From assembly GCF_006345805.1 (NCBI RefSeq), contig NC_042997.1, positions 12,834,001 through 12,898,000 on the forward strand: DNA of 64,000 nucleotides. Reading direction: 5' to 3'. Below, one piece after another: positions 12,715 through 25,467 of the stretch. The notes under the pieces were generated by a model that ran no database searches, was not told the DNA's origin, and saw only the letters and a list, made by a program, of their open reading frames with translations. The translations under genes were made by a program, and so were the position numbers. Source of the DNA: Octopus sinensis. Its lineage: Eukaryota. The stretch's first letter is position 1; each line of letters begins with the position of its first letter.

Positions 12715-12918
12715 AAGTGACAGCGTATGTATCGTTGGCGATTTTCTCTCTCCGTCTTCCCTTCCTTGGACCTTTCCTTCTTCTATGTTTTTGACGAAGA
12801 GCTCTGCTCGAAACGTTAAATCCACCTTCGTTCTTTCATTTCCTGAGCGTCCAATAACACTATACTTGTTCCACGTCCTCGCATTGTTATGCTTTCTCTT
12901 CGTTCATGTTTCGATTAA
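12715..12918 (+). mobile_element. PLE-like short element with minimal HHR (C3 to U)
   Basis: TTT-TTGACGA-A-GAGC(TCT)GCTC-GAAA-CG-T-T-AAA at 12788-12820; ends GATTAACT-(TA)n like the 10221 copy. Confidence 0.6.
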
Positions 12919-12933
12919 CTATATATATATATG

Positions 12934-12966
<33 letters not shown>

Positions 12967-12989
12967 TTGCGTACATATATACCACGACT

Positions 12990-13090
12990 TATGGTTAGGG
13001 TGTTTAACTCACAAGATGGTGCTTTCAATTCATAGGCCAGGTAATGTGTTGTGTTCTGGAGCAAAACACTACATCTCAGGTTGCCTTTGA
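12990..13090 (+). mobile_element. SINE head-2 fragment
   Basis: TGGTTAGGGTGT...GTGTTGTGTTCTGGAGCAAAACACT similar to 34755 and 59822 copies. Confidence 0.5.
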
Positions 13091-13382
13091 TCACTTACTT
13101 GTGGTACACTTTGCACCTGTTCGAGTGATGTCGATTTTATGGAGGTAGTTAACTAATGTACAGCGCATACCTTTGATCACTATAAACAAATCATTTGTAC
13201 AGGTCGTTCGGCAAAAATTGATGAACATTAATAAGTCGTCTTTGACAAGGAGTCCGTCATATTCCTTTATATTCATTGGGTAAACCATGCTGTGTTTGTA
13301 GATTAAGTAAATACAATTACATCTATATAAACAAACCAAGGAGCCACCACTCTCTGCTAAAATATTATATAAATTAGTTGAT

Positions 13383-13797
13383 AGGCGCAGGAGTGGCTGT
13401 GTGGTAAGTAGCTTGCTAACCAACCACATGGTTCCGGGTTCAGTCTCACTGCGTGGCATCTTGGGCAAGTGTCTTCTGCTATAGCCCCGAGCCGACCAAT
13501 GCCTTGTGAGTGGATTTGGTAGACGGAAACTGAAAGAAGCCTGTCGTATGTATGTGTATATAAGCGTGTGTGTATATGTTTGTGTGTCTGTGTTTGCCCC
13601 CCTAGCATTGCTTGACAACCGATGCTGGTGTGTTTACGTCCCCGTCACTTAGCGGTTCGGCAAAAGAGACCGATAGAATAAGTACTGGGCTTACAAAGAA
13701 TAAGTCCCGGGGTCGATTTGCTCGACTAAAGGCGGTGCTCCAGCATGGCCGCAGTCAAATGACTGAAACAAGTAAAAGAGTAAAAGAGTAAAGAGTA
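13383..13797 (+). mobile_element. SINE family A, full length, near consensus
   Basis: Complete head, body and (AAAAGAGT)n tail. Confidence 0.9.
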
Positions 13798-14965
13798 ACC
13801 AACCATATAGTTTCAAAAAGAGGCACTTTACATCGTGATGTTAAAAACAAAAAAATCAGTGAACACGTCTTGTAACGACAATACTGTTTATGTTTACAGG
13901 TCCAAACCAGTAAGTTTGAATTGTGGCAGAGCAGCAGCAACGCATTAACTTCCGAACACTCATTCCAACATAATTTCTCACATCAACGTATTCGGGATTG
14001 AAACATTTCTACTCCATATCCAATTAGTGGTGCTAACACTTATACTCACACACAGACATACATACACACGAACACACATATATACCCAAACACACGCGCA
14101 CACACGCACGCACACACACATACACATACATATAGATAAACTGCGTATATGTGTGTGTTTAGAATTTGTTTGCATTTAAACAGGCATATATATGCCTACT
14201 GGAATATATTTGCGCAAATTTGTGTATACATACGTGTTGCTTTGAAAGTTGGAGATGCTAGAATAATCGGAGAATGAATTCTTTGTGAATAACTAATATA
14301 TTTGGTAGGTAATGTATGCTGATGGAACATTTACATATATTTTCCAAAGATTTATATCTAACTGCATATAATTATATGCATGCATATATGTATATGTATC
14401 TATCTGTTTATCTATGTTTATATGTGTGTGTGTATATATACATATACATATATATATATATATATATACATATATATATGTGTGTGTACATATATGTGTG
14501 TCTGTGAGTCTGTATACATACATATATATATATGTGTGTGTGTACGTATGTATGTATGCCTATATATATGCACATATATAAATATGCATATGCTTATATC
14601 TGTCTATCTCCCTATCACTCAATCTCTTTCTTACTTTCTCTAAATATGCAAACCTATATACACATATAGACGTGCATTCATATGCCCATGTTAATATAAC
14701 ATAGAAATCCAAATACTTATAGACTGATGTCTATATATACGCATTAATTTACATCTATATAAATGACGATGCAACACACACAGACACTCAGAATCACACA
14801 CACACACACACATATGCACATACACACATATATACATACACATCCACACATTTACAGACATATATATAATATGTAACAAATTTAAATGCAGATACTGACA
14901 CATACATATATGTATATGTATGATATATGGATGTATATATTAGTGTGGACATACGTATACACACA

Positions 14966-15047
<82 letters not shown>

Positions 15048-16123
15048 GTCCACATTGTTTTTGTCAGTTAAATGTCTATGGAAGAATGTGTGAATTGAAA
15101 AGAAAACAAAAACGTTGTGTCAACAATTATAGAACAAAACGAAAAGAAGACAGGCTAGCAAATAATTCTAAAGACATGTATTATGTATTCTTGCTGGCTG
15201 GTTTTATCTCCCATGCGAATTTGTATGCGGCGATCCCCGAAGAAAGTAACATCGAAGGTTCTGATTGGATAAAATTCTTAAATATTCCTAAAGATATTTT
15301 TTTAAAGATAGTTGATAAGGAGCTGTTGTACAAAAAAAAAAGAAACAAAAAACAAAAATGGAATAGATTCACTACATAGAATAAAAAAAAATAATCGAAG
15401 CATTAATAAAGAAAAAGTAGATAAAATTTCTAGGGAAAATATAATGAAATAAAATCTTGGCATTACTATTCTGGAATCTCTCATTTCACAGCTTTAGCTT
15501 TTGTTTTTGCTTATTGGAAATGTGTTTGTATTTATCGATTTTTCAGTTAGTTTTTCGTTTTAAATGTTTATTTTGCTGAACAGCACCAATTATATATGGA
15601 TATCACTGCCTTCTTGTGGCATGTGATATGCATGATATTTTGCCGCCTTTGCTATTGCAAATGAACATTTAAATAAGGAAAAGAAAAACAAAGAATAACA
15701 TAAGCAATAAACAAAAACATCGACACATTGCAGTATAGTGACACATTGAGAGCTGACGGAAGATAAAAAGAAAATCATAAGAAAATTTTCAAAATAACCC
15801 TATAGGAAAATAAAAATAAAAATAAATAGCTAATAAAGAAAAATATAAAAAAATAACAAGACGCTGTCACATCAACAGCAACTACATCATCGACATAAAA
15901 AATGCACTGCTTATAACTGAATTGCATATGATATTTCTTGCCCTTTCGCCAACATTCGGTATTTCATGATGTTATTGTATCCTCATGCTTAGAGAGTTCA
16001 TCGAATTGAAAATAAGATAATAAATGTTTCAGAACAGATATGTATGAATGTATTTATGTCAGTATGAATGCATGCATGTATGTATGATGCATGTATGCAT
16101 GCTTATGTATGTATGCAACTAAG

Positions 16124-16191
<68 letters not shown>

Positions 16192-16708
16192 GTATATATA
16201 CATATATACACATGCACACATACCGATATATGTATAATTTATATATGTATATTTATATATATATATATATATAATATAAATATACATATAATCTATAATA
16301 TATATATTTATACATATATATATATATATATAATATATTATAACACATATATATATATATTTATACATATATATATTATACATATATATATAATTTATAC
16401 ATATATATAATATATATATATATTATATAGATATATATATACACACATATATATGCATACATGTATATACACATAGACGCACAAATATATATATTCATAA
16501 TTTATATTATATATATATATGTGTGTGTGTGGTGTGTGTGTGTGTGGTGTGTTTGTATAAGAGAACGATATTCTGCGTTCTTGTCCAATTTTGTATATAT
16601 ATATATGGGGGGAGAAGAAAATGGAGGGGATCCTGAGGTAGTATGCATCAACTGTCAGACAATAAATCATGCCTATTTATTTATTTTGAACAATTCTGAG
16701 TGTATATG

Positions 16709-16778
<70 letters not shown>

Positions 16779-16781
<3 letters not shown>

Positions 16782-17208
16782 CGCAGGAGTGGCTGTGTGG
16801 TAAGTAGCTTGCTAACCAACCACATGGTTCCGGTTCAGTCCCACTGCATGGCATCTTGGGCAAGTGTCTTCTGCTATAGCCCCGGGCCCCGGGCCGACCA
16901 ATGCCTTGTGAGTGGATTTGGTAGACGGAAACTGAAAGAAGCCTGTCGTATATATGTATATATATATATATATATATGTTGTGTGTGTGTGTGTATGTGT
17001 TTGTGTGTCTGTGTTTGTCCCCCTAACATTGCTTGACAACCGATGTTGGTGTGTTTACGTCTCCGTAACTTAGCGGCTCGGCAAAAGAGACCGATAGAAT
17101 ATGTACTGGGCTTACAAAGAATAAGACCCGGGGTCGAGTTGCTCGACTAAAGGTGGTGCTCCAGCATGGCCGCAGTCAAATGACTGAAACAAATAAAAAA
17201 GTAAAGAG

Positions 17209-17210
<2 letters not shown>
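16779..17210 (+). mobile_element. SINE family A, full length
   Basis: Complete, inserted in (TA)n. Confidence 0.9.
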
Positions 17211-17240
<30 letters not shown>

Positions 17241-17350
17241 ATAATATATATATGTATATATATATATTATATTTATATATATATACATACTAATATATTA
17301 ATATATATATATCATAATATATATATCTTATATATACATATATATATATT

Positions 17351-17409
<59 letters not shown>

Positions 17410-17460
17410 CTATATATACATATATACATATATATGTATATATGTATATATATATATACG

Positions 17461-17675
17461 TATTCTTTTATTCTTTACTTGTTTCAGTCATTTGACTGCG
17501 GCCAGGCTGGAGCACCACCTTTTAGTCGAGCAAATCGACTTAATCTTTGTATGCCTAGTACTTATTCTATCGGCCATTTTGCCGAACTGCTAGATTACGG
17601 GGACGTAAATACACCCGCATCGCATATCAAGCGATGTTGGCAGCGGGAAGGACAAACACAGACACACTAACACAT

Positions 17676-17706
<31 letters not shown>

Positions 17707-17870
17707 CGACGGGCTTCTTTCTGTTTCCATCTGCCAAATCCACTCACAAGGTTTTGGTCCGTCCGAGGCTAAAGTAGAAGACACTTGCCCAAGTCGCCAC
17801 GCAGTAGGAGTGAACCAGGAACCATGTGGTTGGTAAGCAAGCTACTTACCACACAGCCACTCCTGCGCCT
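17461..17870 (-). mobile_element. SINE family A, full length
   Basis: Complete, inverted relative to 16779 copy. Confidence 0.9.
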
Positions 17871-17889
17871 TATATACATATATCATGTT

Positions 17890-18060
17890 GGAGTACTAAA
17901 CTCAACACTTTTTTTCATTCTCTATTTATTTCCTTTTATTCCTTTCCATCGACGAGCGTAGTCTCTAAACGTAAAGACTTTTCCATTTTGCGAGTGTCAA
18001 ACTTATATACTTGCTTGTCCCTACACCTGTCCTCGTCTTGTTTTTTCTCTTATATATCAT
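17890..18060 (+). mobile_element. Decayed PLE-like short element with HHR relic
   Basis: GAGCGTAGTCTC-TAAA-CGTA-AAG near 17950-17978 resembles GAGC..GCTC-GAAACGT. Confidence 0.35.
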
Positions 18061-18073
18061 AAATATATATATA

Positions 18074-18124
<51 letters not shown>

Positions 18125-18296
18125 GGTATGATTAAATAATCACATATAGAACCTGGATGAAAAATATCAATAAAACATTAGAATAAATGTAAAACGATGT
18201 TTTATGTGGTGTTTATGTATTTTTGTCATGTCTGTGTATAAGTATACTCGATCACTCACACACACATGCACACACACACACATACACACACACATA

Positions 18297-19168
18297 CGAT
18301 GGGGGACCCAAAAGAAACCGGAATTTTGCAATATTCTTTCATTCACTTACATTTACGTCTTTACACATCGCATTCAAATTATTTTCCGTTTGAAGCAATG
18401 CATTGGTCCAGACGCGTTTTCCAATATTCGAAGCAGTCCTGGAAATCTTGTGAATGCACTTTAACACCTCCGTCGTTTTTGTCTTCATCTGCAAAACGTT
18501 TTCCTTTAAGGACTTGTATCATTGGAGGGAGGAAAAAGGCCCCGGATCAATTTCCAACTGTTCTTCCCGTTCACGACATGCATTCAGTCATGATAGCTTT
18601 TGATTTTCTGTAATCAAGCGAGGCAGAAATTTTGCTGTAACTCTTATCAATCGCAATTCCTCTCTCAAAATTTGTTGATAGAAGCTCCAGGACACACCGA
18701 CTATATCAAGCAGTTCGTCAGTTGTTCGGCGACGGCTCTCCACAAGTTGGGGATTTTTGCATTCGTTCGGGAGGTCGACATTCGCCCTGAACAAGGTTGG
18801 TCTTCAAGCGACAAGTGGCCATTCCTAAAGCGTGAAAATCACTCGTAAACTTATGTATTACTCATGTCAGCGTCCTTGTAAGTGGTTTGAAGCATGACAA
18901 ATGTTTCGGTCGCCGTTTTCATCACTAGGAAGAAGAATTTCACAGAAGTACGCTGTTCCTTCGTTTCAGCCATCGCAAAAATCGACGAACTGGACAGAAA
19001 CACTGTAAAACAAAGACGCACCACATGACAGTACGACTTACTTAGACGGCACCGGTTGGTAGATTGATGCCTGAGGGTGACATTAAGTGGTTTCTAACTG
19101 CGGAAGACTGAATTACAATGGGTTTTTCCCTCAGAGAAAGTTTCCCGTTACTTCTGGGTAAACCCTCG
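18297..19168 (-). mobile_element. Internally deleted mariner transposon
   Basis: TA at both ends, imperfect ~27-bp TIRs (22/29 match counting the TAs); minus frames RRRTTDELLDIVGVSWS..QILREELRLIRVTAKFLPRL and QDCFEYWKTRLDQCIASNG; catalytic core missing. Confidence 0.85.
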
Positions 19169-19188
19169 TAATATATATATATATATAT

Positions 19189-19496
19189 GGATGCGCAATG
19201 GCCCAGTGGTCAGGGCAGCGGACTCGTGGTCGTAGGATCGCGGTTTCGATTCCCAGACCGGGCCTTGTGAGTGTTTATTGACCAAAAACACCTAAAATCT
19301 CCACGAGGCTCCGGCAGGGGGTGGTGATCCCTGCTGTACTCTTCCACCACTCTTTCTCCCACTCTTTCTTCTGTTGGCCTGCTCGCTTAGCCAGCGGGGT
19401 GGCGTCATTTGAAGGCTAAAACAATGCGAAGCGCATTGTGACCAGCGATGTGTAACAACATCTGATGGCCTGGTCGATCACGGTGATCACGGTGAT
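19189..19496 (+). mobile_element. tRNA-derived SINE family B (head-1, tail type A)
   Basis: A box TGGCCCAGTGG, B box GTTTCGATTCC, tail (GATCACGGT)2. Confidence 0.85.
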
Positions 19497-19521
19497 ATAT
19501 ATATATATAATATATATATAT

Positions 19522-19645
19522 ATATAAGAATCTTTTGCATAATATGATAAAAAACCAAGGCTGTATGACCTTCTATCTATAAATGCTCTAATATCTATAC
19601 AGCCTTGGTTTTTTTTTATCTTATTACGCAAAAACTTCTTATATA
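19522..19645. repeat. Foldback, ~45-bp arms, next to (TA)n
   Basis: AAGAATCTTTTGCATAATATGATAAAAAACCAAGGCTGTAT vs ATACAGCCTTGGTTTTTTTTATCTTATTACGCAAAAACTTCTT. Confidence 0.75.
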
Positions 19646-20172
19646 GTCACGCTGACATAGAACCAACGTTGAACCCTTTATTCGCAATATTACCCAATGT
19701 GCATTTTTATACTTATTTCATTTGCCAACATTACAAAGAGTGTAGATATATACACAGAGAGATTAATTTCATCATTAAGATCTCCACTGATAGATCTAAA
19801 TAACAAAGAGAACTCAGTGATAATAAATCTACAGATGGAGAAGAACATTCTACTACCATGTTCTTAATGATGAAATTTTCCTCTCTGTCTATATATCTAC
19901 CCTCTTTGTATTGTTGGCAAATGAAATACGTATAAAAATGTACATTGTCCATTTAATTAAAAAATTCTATATGTGGCTGAAGATTTCTCGACATTTTAAA
20001 ACTGATGTAATACTTAAAATGTTTAATAAAATGAAGTAGCATGAAACAATTGTACTACACTACTTTGGATATTCTTGCTGTTTATTTTGATTATAATCAC
20101 CCTATTTGATTTATATGGATAATACCATACCAAATTCTGGTGCCCTTAACTTAAGTCCCACATTCATCAATA

Positions 20173-20205
<33 letters not shown>

Positions 20206-20349
20206 CATTTGCTTGTACATATATATGCGCGCGCACACACACACGTACGCGTATAGACGTACATGCACACACAGAGAATAACACACACAGAATAACACAC
20301 ACAGATACACACATGTATGTGTAAGTGTATGTATGTGTGTGTATGTGTG

Positions 20350-20770
20350 TTAATTTCCAAACACCTGACTCCGGGTTCACGCCCACTGAATAGAATTTTA
20401 GGCAGATGTCTTCTACTCTAGCTCCAGGCAGACGAATTGTCTCGTGAGTGGATTTTATAGATGGAAACTGAAAGATGCCATCTATATGTGTGTGTGTGCG
20501 CGCGCGCATGTGTGTGTCTGTGTGTGTATGTATGCGTCATTTTGCTATAGCTTTTTTTCCTTCCGACGCTTGAAAACCGATGTTGGTTGTCTTACGTCCA
20601 TGTAACCTACTGGTTCTGCAAAAGGTATCCATGGAATTAGTACAGGGCTTAACAATAAAAAAAGAATAAGAAAAGAAAAGAAAAAATTACTAGGGTCGAT
20701 TCGTTCCCCTAAACCCTTCAAAGTGGCACCACAGGCTGGTCGCACCATAATTATTGAAAGAAAAAAGAAC
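20350..20770 (+). mobile_element. SINE family A, old degenerate copy
   Basis: GGGTTCACGCCCACTG...GATGGAAACTGAAAGATGCC...GTGGCACCACAG. Confidence 0.65.
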
Positions 20771-21600
20771 AAGATCAATAAAAGAATTTGTGCGTATATG
20801 AGCATTGTAATCTGGCCCACACTTTGTAGATTAATTAAGGCTTTTGTGCTTGAGACACTTCTTAGTAATGTTTAATGCACTGGCGTTTTCCATTTTCTGT
20901 TTTGGCTGTTTACGTTATAATTCTATGTTTGTAATTATTAACATATGCTTTCACACTCTGAGTATATTTGGATAGGTTTGTTATTTTGATATTTTTCATA
21001 CGTCTGGACGTTTAAAATATCCTCGTTTAAACTAATCATGCTCACATTTTTAAACTATGTACGTAATATCAATTTTAATTTAAATTTCGAATTGTAAACA
21101 TATTTCAAATTGTATATTATATACCGTATACAATCCTGTCATTTTATACTTTTGATGTACCACTTGATGCTAATTTACATAAAGCGAAATTGTACATTAC
21201 TGAATATACCAACAATAAATAAACAGTCCACATTTTCTTAACATTTCTTACGCTTATAATTTACCGATTATGTTCCTTTAGTCAAGTTTTGCATTTTCTT
21301 CATTTTCGATATATGTAAACGCCCATGGGTATAAATAGGTCTTTGTAAACAATATATAACGCGAACTACTTTCTTAAAGAGAACAGACTGCCGGAAATAG
21401 AATATTACAACAACTCATAACGAGGCTAATTAGCAATAAAATATGTGATTCATTCATAGATTACTTGGGAAAATGTGTGACACTCTACACGAAGTTATGA
21501 TGTATCACAAATGTACCCCAGCATTTTAAATATATATATATATATATATATATAGGTGAGAAAATTGGTGTGTGAAAGCACGTGGTTGAATATATAGAAG

Positions 21601-21809
21601 ATAGTCAAAAGTGAAAAAACTACAGAAGGCTTGTTTTAAAAGGTTAAAAAATATATATTTGAGTCATTATGTCAGAAGAATGTTATAAAAATTTACTTGG
21701 AAGAAGAATGTTATAAAAATTTATAACATTCTTCTGACATAATGACTCAAATATATATTTTTTAACCTTTTAAAACAAGCCTTCTGTAGTTTTTTTCACT
21801 TTTTACTAT
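21601..21809. repeat. Near-perfect palindrome, ~90-bp arms
   Basis: 21601-21690 reverse-complements 21720-21809; 21-bp direct duplication AGAAGAATGTTATAAAAATTT at the centre. Confidence 0.9.
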
Positions 21810-21815
21810 TTTCTC

Positions 21816-21856
<41 letters not shown>

Positions 21857-22312
21857 AGTACAAAGTGAGATAGGGGTTATGAGTGTAACCCACTATGGGA
21901 TATCATTTATCCAATATACTGCCAGTGAAGTACCCAAAAGGTTAATACATAAATGCTTACAACTGCAATGCAATTAGTTCATTTATTGCATTATATGGGC
22001 GAAGGTAAAATGTTTTACATGAAATTCATAATACAAAATAAGAAAATAGAGGAATAGATATCTTTCAATCACCAACTTACAGATAATGCCAATTCATATA
22101 ATTTATTAACTAATTTAAGAGGAACATCCAAATCCAACAGAATAAAACAGAATAAAAGAATATACATCAATAAGTAAGATAATAATATCAATAAGTAAGA
22201 TAATACCATAGAGTGTGTCTATATACGTATACGCCGTTCGTATAGTAGTAGTAGTAGTAGTAGTTTGATTATATATATATATATATTTTTGATTATATAT
22301 AAATATATGTAT

Positions 22313-22366
<54 letters not shown>

Positions 22367-22377
22367 ATATAATATAT

Positions 22378-22418
<41 letters not shown>

Positions 22419-22564
22419 TTGAAGTAGATAAATGAATTATCTTATTACGGATAATTCAAATGATAACCGATACTTGGGTAGCAAAAATCACAACAGAAAG
22501 AACACGGTTGAAGTTACGACCATGGGGCATAAAATCCGTGCCTTAGTGCGGAAATTTGAAGTTT

Positions 22565-22886
22565 TATATATTAAGTATAGTAAAGCATGGAGCTGAACGA
22601 AGATTTAACCAAATTCCTTTATTTTATTTTCGACATATGTTTCGAAGTCTGCAAAGTCCCTAATTCCGATTGAATAAGGAGTCCATTTTGCAGCTTTCTC
22701 TTCAGGAAAATCCAGGAACTTAATTCTCCAACAAAATGCACGACAAGCTTTTCGACAAACGCTCACGAGGGGCCCATGAAATTAATGACACAAAATGTCT
22801 ATCTAGATAGACATATGTCGAAAATAAAATAAAGGAATTTGGTTAAATCTTCGTTCAGCTCCATTCTTTACTATACTTAATATATA
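22565..22886 (-). mobile_element. PLE-like element with inverted arms and intact HHR
   Basis: 76-bp arms 22565-22640 / 22811-22886, inner ends at HHR helix III; (TA)n at right end, short TATATA at left. Confidence 0.75.
22626..22711 (-). ncRNA. Type I hammerhead ribozyme, canonical core
   Basis: ATTTTC-CTGAAGA-[G...long stem II CTGCAAA/TTTGCAG, TCCTTA/TAGGGA...C]-GAAA-CATATG-T-C-GAAAAT; GUC cleavage triplet. Confidence 0.8.
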
Positions 22887-22945
22887 TATATATATATATA
22901 CATATAAATAATAAAAAATAAGCAACAAGAATGACTTCGGTAATT

Positions 22946-23029
22946 TGGTACGATCGTTTCACGCTACATCATTTTATTAAATATTGTAAGTATTACAACA
23001 GTTTTATCATGTTGAGCAATCATCAGCCA
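22946..23029 (-). ncRNA. Hammerhead ribozyme candidate, helix II junction defective
   Basis: TGG-CTGATGA-TTGCT...AGCGT-GAAA-CGATCG-T-A-CCA; palindromic helix III ACGATCGT. Confidence 0.55.
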
Positions 23030-23035
23030 TTAAAT

Positions 23036-23578
23036 TTTATCAATTGCCAGCATATCAAAAAATGCCTTTAAAGGTAAAATTTATACATAATTTACAAGAT
23101 AAGGGCAGAAGAAAATTCTAATGCCAGATACGCCGATACAAAAAATTGTCGATAACCATTAAATTTATGCGTCTCGAAACAAACAGATAAAAATCTCTAA
23201 AAAATTCGTTATTATCGTATTGGTCCAATTTCGGGGTTAATTCACAAGAAATTTTCCCCTCTTCAGCGGCAAACACGCGAGATATAAATGAAATACTTAC
23301 TCAAACCCATGGAAGAAGCAAGCAACAAGTCCCGAGCAGACTTAAGCATCTCAAATATATCTGAAAATAAAATTAACCCCGAAATTGGACCAATACGGTA
23401 ATAACGAATTTTTTAGAGATTTCTACCGGTTTTTTTCGAGACGCATAAATTTAATGGTTATCGACAATTTTTTTTTTCGGCGTATCTGGCATTAGAATTT
23501 TTCTTCTGCCCTTATCTTGTAAATTATGTATAAATTTTTCCTTTAAAGGCATTTTTTGATATGCTGGCCATTGATAAA
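23036..23578 (-). mobile_element. PLE-like element with ~205-bp inverted arms and HHR
   Basis: Arms 23036-23242 / 23371-23578. Confidence 0.75.
23212..23272 (-). ncRNA. Type I hammerhead ribozyme, canonical core
   Basis: TTGCCG-CTGAAGA-GGGG(19 nt)CCCC-GAAA-TTGGACCAA-T-A-CGATAA; one helix I mismatch that is absent (CGGTAA) in the inverted arm. Confidence 0.7.
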
Positions 23579-23716
23579 CATTTTTTTCTCGAAAAAGATT
23601 TTATCCTATATATATATACATATATATACTATATTATATATATATATATATATAATATATATATACTATATGTATATATATGTATACATAAGCATATGCA
23701 TATATATAATGTATAT

Positions 23717-23750
<34 letters not shown>

Positions 23751-24115
23751 ATATATATATTATATATGTATATAATATATATATATATATATACTATATA
23801 TATGTATATATTATATATATATGTATACATAAGCATATATATATTCATATATATATATACATACATGTATATATGTGTGTATATATATATGATATTTATG
23901 CACGCATTTATGCACGATATCTGTATAAATACTTACTTATGTATGGGTGTTTGTTTTGTATGTTTAGGCAGGTGTGTATATAGCTGATAAGCATATCATT
24001 TAATAGGATTACATAAAATATTTTAGTGATTATTAAGTTTTCCGTGTGTCCTATTTTCTTGAACAGAATCGCACAAATTAACGATTTCGATTTTCTTATT
24101 CATTTAATATATTGG

Positions 24116-24180
24116 TATGTATGTATGTATGTATGTATGTATGTATGTATGTATGTATGTATGTATGTATGTATGTATGC
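24116..24180. repeat. (TATG)n microsatellite
   Basis: Direct reading. Confidence 0.95.
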
Positions 24181-24589
24181 ATACATGCAACTATATATGT
24201 ATGCATCTTTTCACATACAAACACGCACACACAGACACACATACATACACACATATATGCTGATACACATTAAATTTCATTAATTCCTGCAGCTAAATCA
24301 AAAAGATATTATCATAATCTTTAACACACTAAAGAATAAAGTTTGCAATTCATTTATGATGTAGATGTTTGAAACAGTGAAATTTTGTAGCTATAAATAT
24401 ATTTAATGTTCAACAAGATTTTGGAAGGTCTTTTTTAAAATATCTATCCTCTGTTCTTCAGGCTTTGATGAAGTAATAGAATTAAGTACCTACATTGATA
24501 CACTAGTGACTTTCACCGAAGATAACATCCCATGCTATATGCAAACTATATCTAACTAATACTTGCGAGTAATGTGATGCGGATGCTGC

Positions 24590-24617
24590 CATTACTACTA
24601 CAACAACTACTACTACA

Positions 24618-24714
<97 letters not shown>

Positions 24715-24768
24715 GTAATATTAATATTAATAATAATAATAATAATTATTATTATTATTATTATTACT
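24590..24768. repeat. Compound (CTA)n(TAA)n(TTA)n microsatellite
   Basis: Direct reading. Confidence 0.95.
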
Positions 24769-24771
24769 ATT

Positions 24772-25007
24772 TTTTCTTTCTGTTATTCTATTATTTGTTT
24801 CAGTCATTTAACTGCGGCCATGCTGGAGCACCGCCTTTAGTCTAGCAAATCGACCCCAGGACTTAATCTTTGTAAGCTTAGTACTTATTCTTTCGTTTCT
24901 CTTGCCAAACCGCTAAGTTCCGGAGACGTAAACACACAACATCGATTGTCAAGCGATGTTGGGGTGACAAACAGACACACAAACATATACATACACACAC
25001 GCATACA

Positions 25008-25068
<61 letters not shown>

Positions 25069-25170
25069 GACGGGCTTCTTTCAGTGTCCGTCTACCAAAT
25101 CCACGCACAAAGCTTCATTGGCCCGAACCCGGTACCATGTGGTTGGTAAACAAGCTACTTACCACATGGG
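24772..25170 (-). mobile_element. SINE family A with internal deletion and truncated head
   Basis: Tail and body on minus strand. Confidence 0.85.
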
Positions 25171-25255
25171 CGGATAAGGGGGATCAATACAAAGACAGAC
25201 ACAAATGTGCGGACTTATGTATAAGGAAATGATAAAATACTAATAAAAAATAAGT

Positions 25256-25427
25256 AGGCGCAGGAGTGGCTGTGTGGTAAGTAGCTTGTTTACCAACCAC
25301 ATGGTTCCGGGTTCAGTTCCACTGCGTGGCACCTTGGGCAAGTGTCTTCTACTATAGCCTCGGGCCGACCAAAGCCTTGTGAGCGGATTTGGTAGACGGA
25401 AGCTGAAAGAAGACCGTCGTATATATG

Positions 25428-25467
<40 letters not shown>

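Noticed and set aside
15190-15275. CCAAT plus octamer-like ATTCGCAT on minus strand
   Set aside because: Short motifs expected by chance; no downstream gene
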